Below are positions 46,048-55,031 of a stretch of 62,674 bases of DNA, piece by piece. Source of the stretch: a virus. Taxonomy: Duplodnaviria > Caudoviricetes. The notes below the pieces were generated by a model. The model did not search any database and was not told the origin of the DNA. It saw only the letters and a list, made by a program, of their open reading frames with translations. The position numbers and the translations under genes were made by a program. The stretch spans positions 1-62,674 of IMG/VR virus record IMGVR_UViG_3300006802_000103; one strand, written 5' to 3'. How positions within the stretch are numbered: position 1 is the first letter of the stretch; every line of letters starts with the position of its first letter.

Positions 46048-47031
46048 TTAATACCATGTGAAGGGCATTTGAGATTGACGCGGCTGGAACCGGGGAGCCG
46101 CTCCCAGTCCGGGGTAATACCGGCGGTTTCCGTAAGGAATGCGGTAGTTGGCGTACCTCGATGCCCAGCCCCCCGGGGATTGCATGGGCGGTCTGCCGCC
46201 GTAGAATTGCTGCGGTCCGAAGTTCGGAATCTGTGATCCCGGACCTCCCCCGAGGTTGAACCCAGTCGGTCGCGCGGGGGGTGCGATATTGAAATTTGAA
46301 CCGACCGACGAACCGAGGTTCGCACCTTGTCCGAGGAAATTCTGACCGCCCGAGACGGGCTGGTAGAAGGATCGGGTGCCGAACTGTCCGCCCTCCTCGC
46401 CCTCCGCCATCCCACTCGATCTCGGACCCATCTGCGCGAGTTCCGCGCGGGTCATCGCGTCTGCTGTCGCGCGGTCGTACTTCGCATACCTCTCCGCCAG
46501 GAGTCCGGCGTTGAGCATATCCGCGCCGCCGAAGTCGATCATATTCTGCGGCGGGGGGCCTGTTGGAGACCCAAATGCGTTCCTGGTCTGGTTTACACTC
46601 CCGCCCAACTGCTGTGCGAGGTTGTTTGCCGTGGCCATATTCGCGTACTGCGATTGGTTATACCCCGGGTAGTTGTCAAAGCCCGGATCCGCAAAAGCAT
46701 TCCGTGCCGGTTGATTGGTCGGGGGGACAAAAGCGGTTGGGTTCGTCTGGGCGTTGATCTCATTCTGGTTGCCGAGGTAATTCCCGCCGAACGGATTGAA
46801 ACTCGTCTGCTGCGGCCCCTGTGCGGGAATACCGGCTTGTGAGGCAACGAATTGTTCGATATTCGACTGTCCCGGTTTCGGGTCAACCGCACTCGGTCCG
46901 GGACCGTCCACCGAAGCCTGCGCGACATTATCCCGTGTTGCCCCGGCGAATCCCTCGCCAGGGTTGTAGGGAACCGCCTCGCCGCCGAAGGTTGGATTCG
47001 TGCTCTTTAGAAATGGTGTTACTGAGAACAT
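46048..47031 (-). CDS. Low-complexity G/P/Q/N-rich protein with central YN..QYA..TA..NAGL domain
   Basis: Central domain shared with 47041..47421. Confidence 0.6.
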   Translation of the reverse strand: MFSVTPFLKSTNPTFGGEAVPYNPGEGFAGATRDNVAQASVDGPGPSAVDPKPGQSNIEQFVASQAGIPAQGPQQTSFNPFGGNYLGNQNEINAQTNPTAFVPPTNQPARNAFADPGFDNYPGYNQSQYANMATANNLAQQLGGSVNQTRNAFGSPTGPPPQNMIDFGGADMLNAGLLAERYAKYDRATADAMTRAELAQMGPRSSGMAEGEEGGQFGTRSFYQPVSGGQNFLGQGANLGSSVGSNFNIAPPARPTGFNLGGGPGSQIPNFGPQQFYGGRPPMQSPGGWASRYANYRIPYGNRRYYPGLGAAPRFQPRQSQMPFTWY

Positions 47032-47040
47032 TACAACTCC

Positions 47041-47421
47041 TTAGAACAAGATTCCAGCGGTTTTCAAATCGACCTTGAGCGCGTCAAGATGCCCCGTGCG
47101 GATGAGGGAGTTGGCAATCAATCCGGCGTTGAAGGATTCCGAAATCCCAAAGCGGGACACTTCAATCTGCCAAGACGCCGGTGGCTGAACCGGGCCTTCC
47201 GGTTTCGTCTTCACAGCCTTGAACGAGATATCCGAAGGTAGCGCCTTCTTCAGTACGTCCACTATCGCGTCTGCGGTCTTTTCCGTCGCGTACTGAAGGG
47301 GGTTGTAGCCTTCGTGGTCCTCGAAGGTGAAATCCGCGCCGACAGCCGGGGCCTCTCCGTCTTCGAAAGTGACTTTACCCGTTTTCGGGTTGTACAGAAG
47401 GCCGAAAATGTTGCGTTTCAT
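47041..47421 (-). CDS. Stand-alone YN..QYA..TA..NAGL-domain protein
   Basis: GYNPLQYATEKTA...FNAGLIA; late motif at 47440. Confidence 0.6.
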   Translation of the reverse strand: MKRNIFGLLYNPKTGKVTFEDGEAPAVGADFTFEDHEGYNPLQYATEKTADAIVDVLKKALPSDISFKAVKTKPEGPVQPPASWQIEVSRFGISESFNAGLIANSLIRTGHLDALKVDLKTAGILF

Positions 47422-47571
47422 CCTTTGGATTCCTCGCATCTATTGTAGCCTTGCCGCCGATAAGGACTGGTGGAATATGGCGGATTTGGACATTCTTCCG
47501 GATTTTGAAAGTCGGGGCGTATCCGAGGAGTATATCCGTCGGTTTGAGGAACTCAAGGAGGGTCACGGGGG

Positions 47572-48285
47572 TTACCAGCCACCGGTCAGGGGGTAGAGTG
47601 CCATCTGCTGCCCCCAGCCGGGGACAAGTGCCTGGGAGGGGGCTACAGTCGGGTCGCCGAGTTCAAATCCCTCATCCCGGCCCATTCTTTCAATCTCAAA
47701 ATCCGCCATTGCGATCAATTCCCCCACCTTCGGGGAACCGGTCGCGACGGCTGCGGCCCACCGGAAGACTTGGGTCACTCCAGCGAGGTGTCGGTCGTCC
47801 CAGGGGAGGAGGGTAGTACCCATAGTCGCGGCGGTCACCTTAGTCGGGTTCTTCTTATAATCCCCCGTGATGATCCACTCGTGCCCCCCGACGTTCCCCG
47901 GACACGGGCGGTCGAGGCGGAAGGTGGCGGAGGCCGGGTCGTAGCTTATGTAGGAACAGAAGTCGCAGACGTGGGTCTTCCGGACATCTTTACGAACTTG
48001 CAACTCGTACACCTGCGGCGGGAAGACGGAGGTCCGGGTTAGGTAGGCGAGGTGGAATCCCGCGAAGTCGGAGGGGACCGCTACTTGAGGAGCGCCGTAT
48101 TCCTGTTTATATGGGACGAGGCAGAAGGGGCGGAGTTTCCCGAGAGTTTGACGGAAGGGACCGTAGTTCCAAATCCGCTCATTCGCCATGTTACAAATCG
48201 CAACCGCCTTGATGTCCTCCTCCGCGAGTGAGAACTGTCCCCGGACGAGGTTGAAGACATCTTGGTATTTGTAAGTGGAGGCCAT
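47572..48285 (-). CDS. Head-tail adaptor / tail tubular protein A-like
   Basis: MASTY start, IWNYGPFRQT, P.DF; paralogue-like to 48285..48968. Confidence 0.6.
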   Translation of the reverse strand: MASTYKYQDVFNLVRGQFSLAEEDIKAVAICNMANERIWNYGPFRQTLGKLRPFCLVPYKQEYGAPQVAVPSDFAGFHLAYLTRTSVFPPQVYELQVRKDVRKTHVCDFCSYISYDPASATFRLDRPCPGNVGGHEWIITGDYKKNPTKVTAATMGTTLLPWDDRHLAGVTQVFRWAAAVATGSPKVGELIAMADFEIERMGRDEGFELGDPTVAPSQALVPGWGQQMALYPLTGGW

Positions 48286-48968
48286 TATTTAGTCAGCGGC
48301 GGAACCGGCGGGACGAGGAGCGGCTCCCTCATCTTCATTATCGCAAGGTTCGCCTCGACAATCCCGCGCTGGCCGGTGTAGGTCGCGGATTTCCCGTCCG
48401 ACTGCGAACCGCCCGCGCGCTGGTCATCCGTGTAGAGGTAGGCGAAGTAGAGGACAATCGACTTGTAAACCCAAAACCACTCGTCGTCGAATACCTGAAC
48501 ACCTGTAGTCTGGGCGTTCGCGGCTGTGATCGTGGGACACGTCTTCTTATACATCGCAATGATTTTCGTACCCGATGTAACAGAACTTCCCGGCTTCGGG
48601 AACACTCGGTAGGTATCTGTCGCAGGGTGTGATATCTGGGAAGGCTGTCCACCTATCTGCTGCACAGTGGAGTGGATGTGCGAAGTGACTTCAATGTACC
48701 GACCAACGTCCGAACCGCCTTCGCTCAGGTAGACTGACCCCGGTTGGATATAGAGGAAGTCTGCCGGGTCGGTAATTGTGTAGTCGGAGGTGTTCGCGGC
48801 TAGCGTCAGCGCCGTGATATTCCCCAACGTCCACCGCCAGGGGGCCGCCATCCAGAAGAAGCGTGCCGCATCGTCTAAAATCTGCGGCATGACTGGTTCG
48901 AGATTGGGGTACTTGACGAATGCGTTGATGTAATCGAATCCGTCGCGAGGGCAGTAGGTGGAGGCCAT
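48285..48968 (-). CDS. Head-tail adaptor / tail tubular protein A-like
   Basis: MASTY start, FW.AAPWRWT, DY....DF, RVFP.P. Confidence 0.6.
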   Translation of the reverse strand: MASTYCPRDGFDYINAFVKYPNLEPVMPQILDDAARFFWMAAPWRWTLGNITALTLAANTSDYTITDPADFLYIQPGSVYLSEGGSDVGRYIEVTSHIHSTVQQIGGQPSQISHPATDTYRVFPKPGSSVTSGTKIIAMYKKTCPTITAANAQTTGVQVFDDEWFWVYKSIVLYFAYLYTDDQRAGGSQSDGKSATYTGQRGIVEANLAIMKMREPLLVPPVPPLTK

Positions 48969-48971
48969 TTC

Positions 48972-49415
48972 TTAGTACTGGGGTCCGCCGACAGCTTCCA
49001 TCGCGGGCCGGAGGTGGGGAGGGCAGTCTGCTTCCGACCACATCTTCATACAGTTCTGGCAGTTGAAGATGTAGTGGTTCTGCGAGTCCCGGAGGCCGAC
49101 GATGGCGGTTTTCTTATTCTCCTTCTCATGCGGGCAGGAGAGTTGCGCGGCTTGCAGTTCCCGATCCCGCTTCCGGTGCGCGGCCATCATGGAGAGTTGA
49201 AGCGCGCGGCGGTTCTCCTCTTCCATAAGGATCTTCGCTGCTTCCTCATCCGCCTTCGCTTCGTCCCGGTTCAGCGCGCGGAGTTGCTTCTGCGCGATTT
49301 CCAAATCGAGGGCCGCTTTTAGCCTTTGGAGTTCTTCGAGGGATTGGATTTTTTCCGATACGGAAGGAGGCGGGGCTTTCGGTTCGCCGGGGGTTACTTT
49401 GATTTGCTCTGGCAT
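48972..49415 (-). CDS. Coiled-coil protein with C-terminal Zn finger
   Basis: CPH.K...CQNC...W. Confidence 0.6.
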   Translation of the reverse strand: MPEQIKVTPGEPKAPPPSVSEKIQSLEELQRLKAALDLEIAQKQLRALNRDEAKADEEAAKILMEEENRRALQLSMMAAHRKRDRELQAAQLSCPHEKENKKTAIVGLRDSQNHYIFNCQNCMKMWSEADCPPHLRPAMEAVGGPQY

Positions 49416-49422
49416 TTCACGC

Positions 49423-49881
49423 CTATTCTAACCTATACCCACTGGCATCTGGAAGTGACTCCCAACGCCCATCCCAACCGACCACATCCGCCATCTTCGC
49501 ATACGTCCAGCGGGTCACTTTCGCCCGCGTGTCCAGGTGGATGTAGGAGCGCCAGGGGTCGACACCTATCCCGTGGAACTCAGGAAATCTGAGCACCGCT
49601 TTATAAAGTTCCTTGAGTGGGAGCTTGTCAACCGAGATGTCCGCTGCGATTCCGTAAGTGTGCGCGGAGTAGGTCCCCGGAGCCTTCGCCCTCTCCACGG
49701 GATGCGCCATGCAGCGGAATCCGGAGTTGATCTGAATGGGCCGCGCGATGGAATCGCGTAACCTCTGTAACAAACGGACGAAATCCAACTGAATTCCCCG
49801 CGACCGGCAGTGGTGGCAAAGGAATTCAGATTCCCGAAAGGAGTCGGTGAGGAACTTATCCTCCCTCTGAAATTCGGTCAC
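49423..49881 (-). CDS. Peptidase M15A endolysin
   Basis: F..SEF.C, LQ.LR, INSGFRC..H, SAH.YG.AAD, IHLDTR. Confidence 0.85.
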   Translation of the reverse strand: MTEFQREDKFLTDSFRESEFLCHHCRSRGIQLDFVRLLQRLRDSIARPIQINSGFRCMAHPVERAKAPGTYSAHTYGIAADISVDKLPLKELYKAVLRFPEFHGIGVDPWRSYIHLDTRAKVTRWTYAKMADVVGWDGRWESLPDASGYRLE

Positions 49882-50555
49882 GCGGGGGCCTCCATTCCCG
49901 TCTGGTCCTTACCGGTGGCGACTTTCCATCCTCGGGTGTCGGCGGATCCGAATTCCCGCTCCACGTCACCGAGGAAGAGTTCTCCGGCAGCTAGGAGGTA
50001 GAGGAGGACTGTCCGCCACCCCCGCTTGACCTCACGCCACGGGAGTTCAACCTCCTCCTCGCCCGGAAGCAACCCATGAAACCGCGTCTCCCCCGCCTCC
50101 GGGTCCCACTCCGACTTCGGCATATCTTTTGAATTGATGTGCATAACCGCCTGCTTCCCATCCGCATTCCGGTTATCCGGGTTGAAGAAGGGGAGGGGGT
50201 TGAATTCGATTTCCGTCTGCCGTGCGCGGAGGCTAAATTCGGGAATCCAAGGGTTCTCGTAGACACAGAGACAGACCGCCTCGCCTAGCCGCCAGATGTA
50301 GCAAACTCGCTTATCCGGCTTCAGCGGGAGTGTTTTGAACTTCAACCTCGGGTTCAGTTTCAGAAGCCGCTTCTCAAACTCCTCCGTCAGACAACCGCGC
50401 GCCGCCCTGTCCGCATTCGTCGGGTCGTCGGCGGTATCAATCCAAACCGCCTGGGAGTGGCACCTCCGGTAGTACTCCTGGAGGTCCTCGTAATACTTGT
50501 CAATCAAAGCCTCTTGAGCGAGACGGTCAAGCGCCGCCTCATCACGAACCAACAT
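49878..50555 (-). CDS. Hypothetical late protein
   Basis: PEFS and RGWRTVLL.L motifs. Confidence 0.6.
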   Translation of the reverse strand: MLVRDEAALDRLAQEALIDKYYEDLQEYYRRCHSQAVWIDTADDPTNADRAARGCLTEEFEKRLLKLNPRLKFKTLPLKPDKRVCYIWRLGEAVCLCVYENPWIPEFSLRARQTEIEFNPLPFFNPDNRNADGKQAVMHINSKDMPKSEWDPEAGETRFHGLLPGEEEVELPWREVKRGWRTVLLYLLAAGELFLGDVEREFGSADTRGWKVATGKDQTGMEAPA

Positions 50556-50839
50556 TACTGCTCCTTACGGCGCTCGATTGATGTTCGCAATTCTGTGACC
50601 GCGATCCGGAGATCGATGGAGGCTTTCGTAAGTTCCCCGATTGCCGAATCGTGTTTCGCCACAATAGTTTGCAACTCCTGCACCTGTTGAGATTTTACAC
50701 CATAGGCGTAAGAGGATGCCCCGGCGATTGAAAGAAGAGTGACTGTCGCCGCGATTGCTTCTCTCAGGGAAATCTTAACCGGCGACTCGGGGGACATCGG
50801 GGATGTTGGCGGGTTGATGACGGAATCGAAAACAGGCAA
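50555..50839 (-). CDS. Single-TM coiled-coil protein (holin/spanin-like lysis accessory)
   Basis: TM helix followed by coiled coil; near the endolysin. Confidence 0.45.
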   Translation of the reverse strand: MPVFDSVINPPTSPMSPESPVKISLREAIAATVTLLSIAGASSYAYGVKSQQVQELQTIVAKHDSAIGELTKASIDLRIAVTELRTSIERRKEQ

Positions 50840-50848
50840 AGCTTTTCC

Positions 50849-51253
50849 TTAATTTGGAGTAAACGGCGTAGTACCAGCAGTCGGGACCGTCAGCGTGGCG
50901 CTCGGCGGGGATGCAGTCGAGGAGGTAACAGTCCAGACTGCTGAAGGGCCTGCTACTTGACGACCGGTGGAGTCGTAGTACCAGGAGATGTATTTCGTGT
51001 TCGGCGGCGTGATGTCGGCGTTCCAGAGAATGCCTATGCCGGAGGAGAAGGTCCCGTTTACGATGGGGCAGACGAGGAAGTCGGGGACGGGGACTTGGGG
51101 GAAGGAGTTGGAGAAGACGGCTTCAGTGTATGAGCCGGTGGAAGGGAGGACTAGGGAGACGAGGAGAAAGCCGTTGAAATTGGTCGCGTCGGACCACTGG
51201 ACTACGGTTGATTGGTCGAAGGTTGCGTAGCGCGTGGGGGAAGCGGCGGGCAT
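50849..51253 (-). CDS. Virion structural protein (beta-rich)
   Basis: WNADITP.NT.Y motif; late motif at 51261. Confidence 0.55.
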   Translation of the reverse strand: MPAASPTRYATFDQSTVVQWSDATNFNGFLLVSLVLPSTGSYTEAVFSNSFPQVPVPDFLVCPIVNGTFSSGIGILWNADITPPNTKYISWYYDSTGRQVAGPSAVWTVTSSTASPPSATLTVPTAGTTPFTPN

Positions 51254-51276
51254 TGCATATCTATTGTATCGGGACG

Positions 51277-51462
51277 CTAGTCGATTCTATTTATCATCGC
51301 GATATCGACGTACTCGCTCCCCTGAATCCCGAGAAAATGAGCGAACTCTTCCATCGACAGCGAGCATTTGACGATAGTCATGGTCAGTCTCGGATAGGTT
51401 GGTTCGGGAACCCAAGCGCCGGGACAAACTGCGAGGAGTCCGAAGAGTGAGCGGCGGGTCAT
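51277..51462 (-). CDS. Tat-signal peptide fused to a capsid-protein fragment (MCP ~76-108)
   Basis: MTRRSLFGLLA; LTMTIVKCSLSMEEFAHF vs MCP LTMTSTKVAATVSEFSNF; ATGA-coupled to the upstream gene. Confidence 0.6.
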   Translation of the reverse strand: MTRRSLFGLLAVCPGAWVPEPTYPRLTMTIVKCSLSMEEFAHFLGIQGSEYVDIAMINRID

Positions 51463-51704
51463 TTTGAATACCGGTACCAATAAAGCGTCTTGCCCGAGGC
51501 AGGCGGGAATCGAACTGTCCTCTCGCATACTTCGCGGAATAGGAATTTCTTCTGCAATCGGTCCCGGGCTTTCTGGCTTATGTACAAAGTCCAGGCTGTC
51601 CGTAGCGGCGGGATCGACTGAACTACAGCCGGAGGTAATTTTGCGATGACCGTTTGGGCCGCCGCTGTGCCGAGAAGTGCTGCTAGAAATCCGCGTCTTT
51701 TCAT
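51459..51704 (-). CDS. Tat-signal peptide fused to a capsid-protein fragment (MCP ~21-57)
   Basis: MKRRGFLAALLGTAAA; KARDRLQKKFLFREVC..GKTLYWYRY vs MCP KALSRLQKKFRFRDLC..GRTAVWFRY. Confidence 0.75.
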   Translation of the reverse strand: MKRRGFLAALLGTAAAQTVIAKLPPAVVQSIPPLRTAWTLYISQKARDRLQKKFLFREVCERTVRFPPASGKTLYWYRYSK

Positions 51705-51985
51705 TTCTGCTTCGGCTCCTTCCAGATAAACATCGAAGCCTCAATCCGCGCCAGATCCATTTCGTTAATCGCGAAAAGTTCAGGTAGCGGCTCGACCATT
51801 CCTTCGAGACTCTTTACGGCTTCTCGGATCTGTTCAATGGTTAGCTTTTCAGGCATGTGAAAGAGCGAGGAGCGGGGGCTTATTCTCATCAGACGGCAGG
51901 TCGGCCCAAAGTAGGTCGACCAAGCTGAACCCGCATCCCTCCGGTACAACCCGGAGATTCTGCTTAAACTATCCTCGCTTTTCAA
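51701..51985 (-). CDS. Hypothetical protein (start may be 51856)
   Basis: Stop overlaps the next ATG (ATGA). Confidence 0.45.
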   Translation of the reverse strand: MKSEDSLSRISGLYRRDAGSAWSTYFGPTCRLMRISPRSSLFHMPEKLTIEQIREAVKSLEGMVEPLPELFAINEMDLARIEASMFIWKEPKQK

Positions 51986-52419
51986 GTGTAGCGTGGCGGC
52001 GGTTGGAAGTCAACCTCCCTCCACTCTCCCGCGAAGCCCTTCCAGTTCTGGAGTGGAAATTCGACCGCCGGTAGGTCTTTCGACTGTCCTATAAGTTTCG
52101 CGGGATCGGGATTCCGCATCGCAGCCCATCCGCCCGACTCGAATCCGGTCTCTGTGGCCCATTTATGGACGCAGGAGGCCGAGCAGAAGTATCGGCCATA
52201 CGGTTGTTCATAAAGGCGCGGGAGCGGAACAGTAAAGCCCTTCGGAACCCACGGCTGCGGTCTTGTATCCAAAAGTACCCCGCAGCAGGAACAACCCCGG
52301 ACATACCCTGGCGGCGGCGGTGGTATGAATTTATCTCGGAGTTTACCTAATTGCGGAACCAAAAGCGCCTTCCCGATAACCGGAAGGCTGAGGAGGGAGA
52401 GGAAGAAGCGTCTTTTCAT
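51982..52419 (-). CDS. Tat-signal protein with TRASH/YHS-like CxxC..FCSxxC finger
   Basis: MKRRFFLSLL; CSCCG...YFCSASC. Confidence 0.6.
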   Translation of the reverse strand: MKRRFFLSLLSLPVIGKALLVPQLGKLRDKFIPPPPPGYVRGCSCCGVLLDTRPQPWVPKGFTVPLPRLYEQPYGRYFCSASCVHKWATETGFESGGWAAMRNPDPAKLIGQSKDLPAVEFPLQNWKGFAGEWREVDFQPPPRYT

Positions 52420-52446
52420 TGAGGTCTCTGCCTCAACGATAGCAGA

Positions 52447-52716
52447 TTACTTCCCCAACCACAACAGGGAAGCCCAAATTCCCACAGCAGTCCCGGTCGC
52501 TCCACCCAAGGTGTACCCCGCGAAACCCCAACCGCCGCTCTCCTCCTTCGCGATCTTCTTAATCACAAACCAGTTTGCTGCGCCGAATATGACATCAACT
52601 AGGACTGACTTTGCGATATCTGCTTGGGCAACTGCTCTCCAGGAGATGCAAACGACTCCGTAGGTCCAGAACTGGAGGGCGAAGAAGGTGAGGAAGTTTT
52701 TGATATTGGTCGACAC
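52447..52716 (-). CDS. Small multi-TM membrane protein (leaderless GTG)
   Basis: Three hydrophobic helices, Y.LGG..GT..G; TGGACT-17-TACACT 6 nt upstream. Confidence 0.65.
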   Translation of the reverse strand: MSTNIKNFLTFFALQFWTYGVVCISWRAVAQADIAKSVLVDVIFGAANWFVIKKIAKEESGGWGFAGYTLGGATGTAVGIWASLLWLGK

Positions 52717-52789
52717 GATTGAAGTGTAGCAAATCTGCGCGCGGGAGTCCAGAGGAGGGGCATAGGAGTCTATTCTCCCACGGATGGAG

Positions 52790-52820
52790 AAAGAAAAAGC
52801 CCCGACCGAAGCCGGGGCTA
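52790..52820 (-). terminator. Terminator of the capsid transcript
   Basis: AGCCCCGGC-TTCG-GTCGGGGCTTTTTCTTT on the minus strand. Confidence 0.85.
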
Positions 52821-52840
52821 AATCCTTTGTTTTGTTGCGG

Positions 52841-53824
52841 TTAGGCGATTGTCGATTGCGCGTCAATCGTCTTGGCGCGGAAGGAACCACCGATACCCGT
52901 CGGACCATCCAACCAAAGCGCCGAGTAGAGGTAGCGGTACGATACCCAGCCACCGATCATCCCTTCCGGATCGAACCCGGACGGGACGCCGCCCTTGACG
53001 ACCTTGATGTTGAAGTTCTCCTTCGACGGGTCGGTCACCTTCGCGGGGGCAGCACCGGCCAGGGTCAAGCAGCCGAAAGCGCCGTTGCCGAAGATATAAG
53101 TGCGCCATTTGTTCGGCGAGGTCGAGGAGTAGACATTCGTGGACTCGATGACCTTCGCACCGGCGACATGGGTCACAACGCCCCGGTCGTCGCGGGAGAC
53201 GAGGTTGGCTTTCTGCGGAGTCGTGTATTTGAAGATATCCGCGAGACCATTGGCCGCAGGGTCGGACACGAGGTCGTAGGAGTTGTACGGCGAGGTCAGG
53301 ACCTTGAACTCACCGTCTTCGAACGGTTCGACATCGATGGCTTGCAGAGTGTGGACCGCCGCGCGGATGTCGCTGACACGGAGGTAGGTCGCGATGGGGG
53401 ACTGATTGGTGTTCGAACTCTCAGCGTCAATAGCCGCGCGGGTGATATTGTCTACCGACAAACCGCCACGATAACCCAAGAGAGTGCCAGCGGCTTCCAA
53501 CTGCGGGTCGGGCGCGGTCTCTTCGCGAAGGGTCGAGACGGAAATGAAGTTCGAGAACTCCGAAACCGTAGCCGCGACCTTCGTCGAGGTCATCGTGAGG
53601 GAAGTGCCGACTGCGCCTTCGGTGGAAGGAGTCGTCCCGGCGGCGAGGTTGGCGTAGCGGAACCAGACAGCCGTCCGGCCTTCGCGCATTCCCAACTGAT
53701 CCTCAACGCAGAGGTCGCGGAAACGGAACTTCTTTTGAAGCCGGGAAAGCGCCTTTCGACGGATTGCTTCCGACTGAAGATGGGCTAGGCCGAGGGTAGT
53801 ATTACCTGCGGGAGCGTAAGCCAT
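52841..53824 (-). CDS. Major capsid protein (N4-gp56-like HK97 fold)
   Basis: G.T..W.RY..L, EG..G, LG...G..VD, DP..MIG..VSY; lies after the scaffold with a strong SD and terminator. Confidence 0.85.
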   Translation of the reverse strand: MAYAPAGNTTLGLAHLQSEAIRRKALSRLQKKFRFRDLCVEDQLGMREGRTAVWFRYANLAAGTTPSTEGAVGTSLTMTSTKVAATVSEFSNFISVSTLREETAPDPQLEAAGTLLGYRGGLSVDNITRAAIDAESSNTNQSPIATYLRVSDIRAAVHTLQAIDVEPFEDGEFKVLTSPYNSYDLVSDPAANGLADIFKYTTPQKANLVSRDDRGVVTHVAGAKVIESTNVYSSTSPNKWRTYIFGNGAFGCLTLAGAAPAKVTDPSKENFNIKVVKGGVPSGFDPEGMIGGWVSYRYLYSALWLDGPTGIGGSFRAKTIDAQSTIA

Positions 53825-53921
53825 ATCTGAAATCTCCTGTGCGGTTAAACAATGTCCGCAGAATTATTGTATCGCAGGAGTTTCGGTGGATATGGTATTT
53901 TCAGTAAATGCTGAAAAGAGG

Positions 53922-54710
53922 CTAGAACCCGCCCCGGAAATTCTGCCCGTGGGCCTTCGCGTAGACTTCATTGAACTTATCATCCGGTAGGCTGCGGTAG
54001 AAAGCGGCCCATTCCTGGTCGGTCTGGGGCATTCCGTTACCGGTGGATGGGGCTTGGCGACCGGGGGACGGGGGCGCGGCGGGGCGTCCATTTTGCGTTT
54101 GCTGCGTTTGCTCCGGCCCTTTGATATGCCCGGTGCCGCGAGCGTAGTGGTAGGCCGCTTCGAGACCTTCCGCAGTATTCCCCAGGCCCAGGTATTCCCG
54201 CGCCTGCTGGACGATTTGGAACTGCTGGGGATCCTTCTGCAAGTCCTCATGCCGCTGGAGGAAGGAGGTCTCCGCGAGCGAGCGGTCCATGAGGGCGGTC
54301 TTCGTAGTGAGTTCACGGAGGAGCGCCGAGGCATCGTCGACTTTACCGTCGTAAACACCGGTGCCGATGAGGAGGTTCGCGACCCCCCGCATATCCCCCT
54401 TCTCCAAGAGTTCAACGAATTGCTTCGTGGCTGCGGGGACTTCACCCGGCTTCGGAGGTTCCGGCTCTTTGACAACCGGTTTCTTCGCCTCTTCCAATCG
54501 GGCCTGGGCGGCGGCGAGTTCGGCTTGCTGCTTCGCAAACTGGCCTTCGAGCGCGCGCTCAGCCTCCGCTTGGGTTGGGAAGGTGTAGTCCTTCCCGCCG
54601 AGGTGGAGCTTGAACCCCTGGGCCTCCTTGGGTTTCTCCCCGTCTGTCTGCTCGGAAGCGAGTTGCGCGACGAGTGCGTCGAAGTCTTCGAAATTGAGAT
54701 TATCGGCCAT
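53922..54710 (-). CDS. Capsid scaffolding protein
   Basis: Acidic, helical; lies between portal and MCP. Confidence 0.7.
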   Translation of the reverse strand: MADNLNFEDFDALVAQLASEQTDGEKPKEAQGFKLHLGGKDYTFPTQAEAERALEGQFAKQQAELAAAQARLEEAKKPVVKEPEPPKPGEVPAATKQFVELLEKGDMRGVANLLIGTGVYDGKVDDASALLRELTTKTALMDRSLAETSFLQRHEDLQKDPQQFQIVQQAREYLGLGNTAEGLEAAYHYARGTGHIKGPEQTQQTQNGRPAAPPSPGRQAPSTGNGMPQTDQEWAAFYRSLPDDKFNEVYAKAHGQNFRGGF

Positions 54711-54716
54711 GCGAGA

Positions 54717-55031
54717 TTATTCTACTATAGCCAATTCTTCCGCCGCCCCCTCCTGCACAGTAGCAGGCCCTTCAACATCATACTTCGACCGGAACTCCTC
54801 TACAAGCTGTCGCTCGTGGGATTTGAGAACCCGCAAGATGTGGCGGTAGGCTTTCATGAAGGAGACGAGTTTCCGCTCCTCTTCCGCGCTCATCTCCCAC
54901 GACTCCAGCCGGGTGACTAAGTTGTCCGCTTCCGATTGGAGGACATCGAGGATCAGTTTACCTCCGGGGGAGGCGAGGGCGAGGTACATTTGCTCGCGGT
55001 CGTAGGTGGTTATTTCGCGTGGTTCAGCCAT
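54717..55031 (-). CDS. Small portal-adjacent protein (Bbp19-like)
   Basis: ALASPGGKLILD.L motif. Confidence 0.6.
   Translation of the reverse strand: MAEPREITTYDREQMYLALASPGGKLILDVLQSEADNLVTRLESWEMSAEEERKLVSFMKAYRHILRVLKSHERQLVEEFRSKYDVEGPATVQEGAAEELAIVE

Noticed and set aside
52784-53788. 334-aa plus-strand ORF (and similar long antisense ORFs at 23518, 24595, 54054, 17056, 55461)
   Set aside because: Antisense shadows of well-supported genes in GC-rich DNA; no motifs or translation signals.
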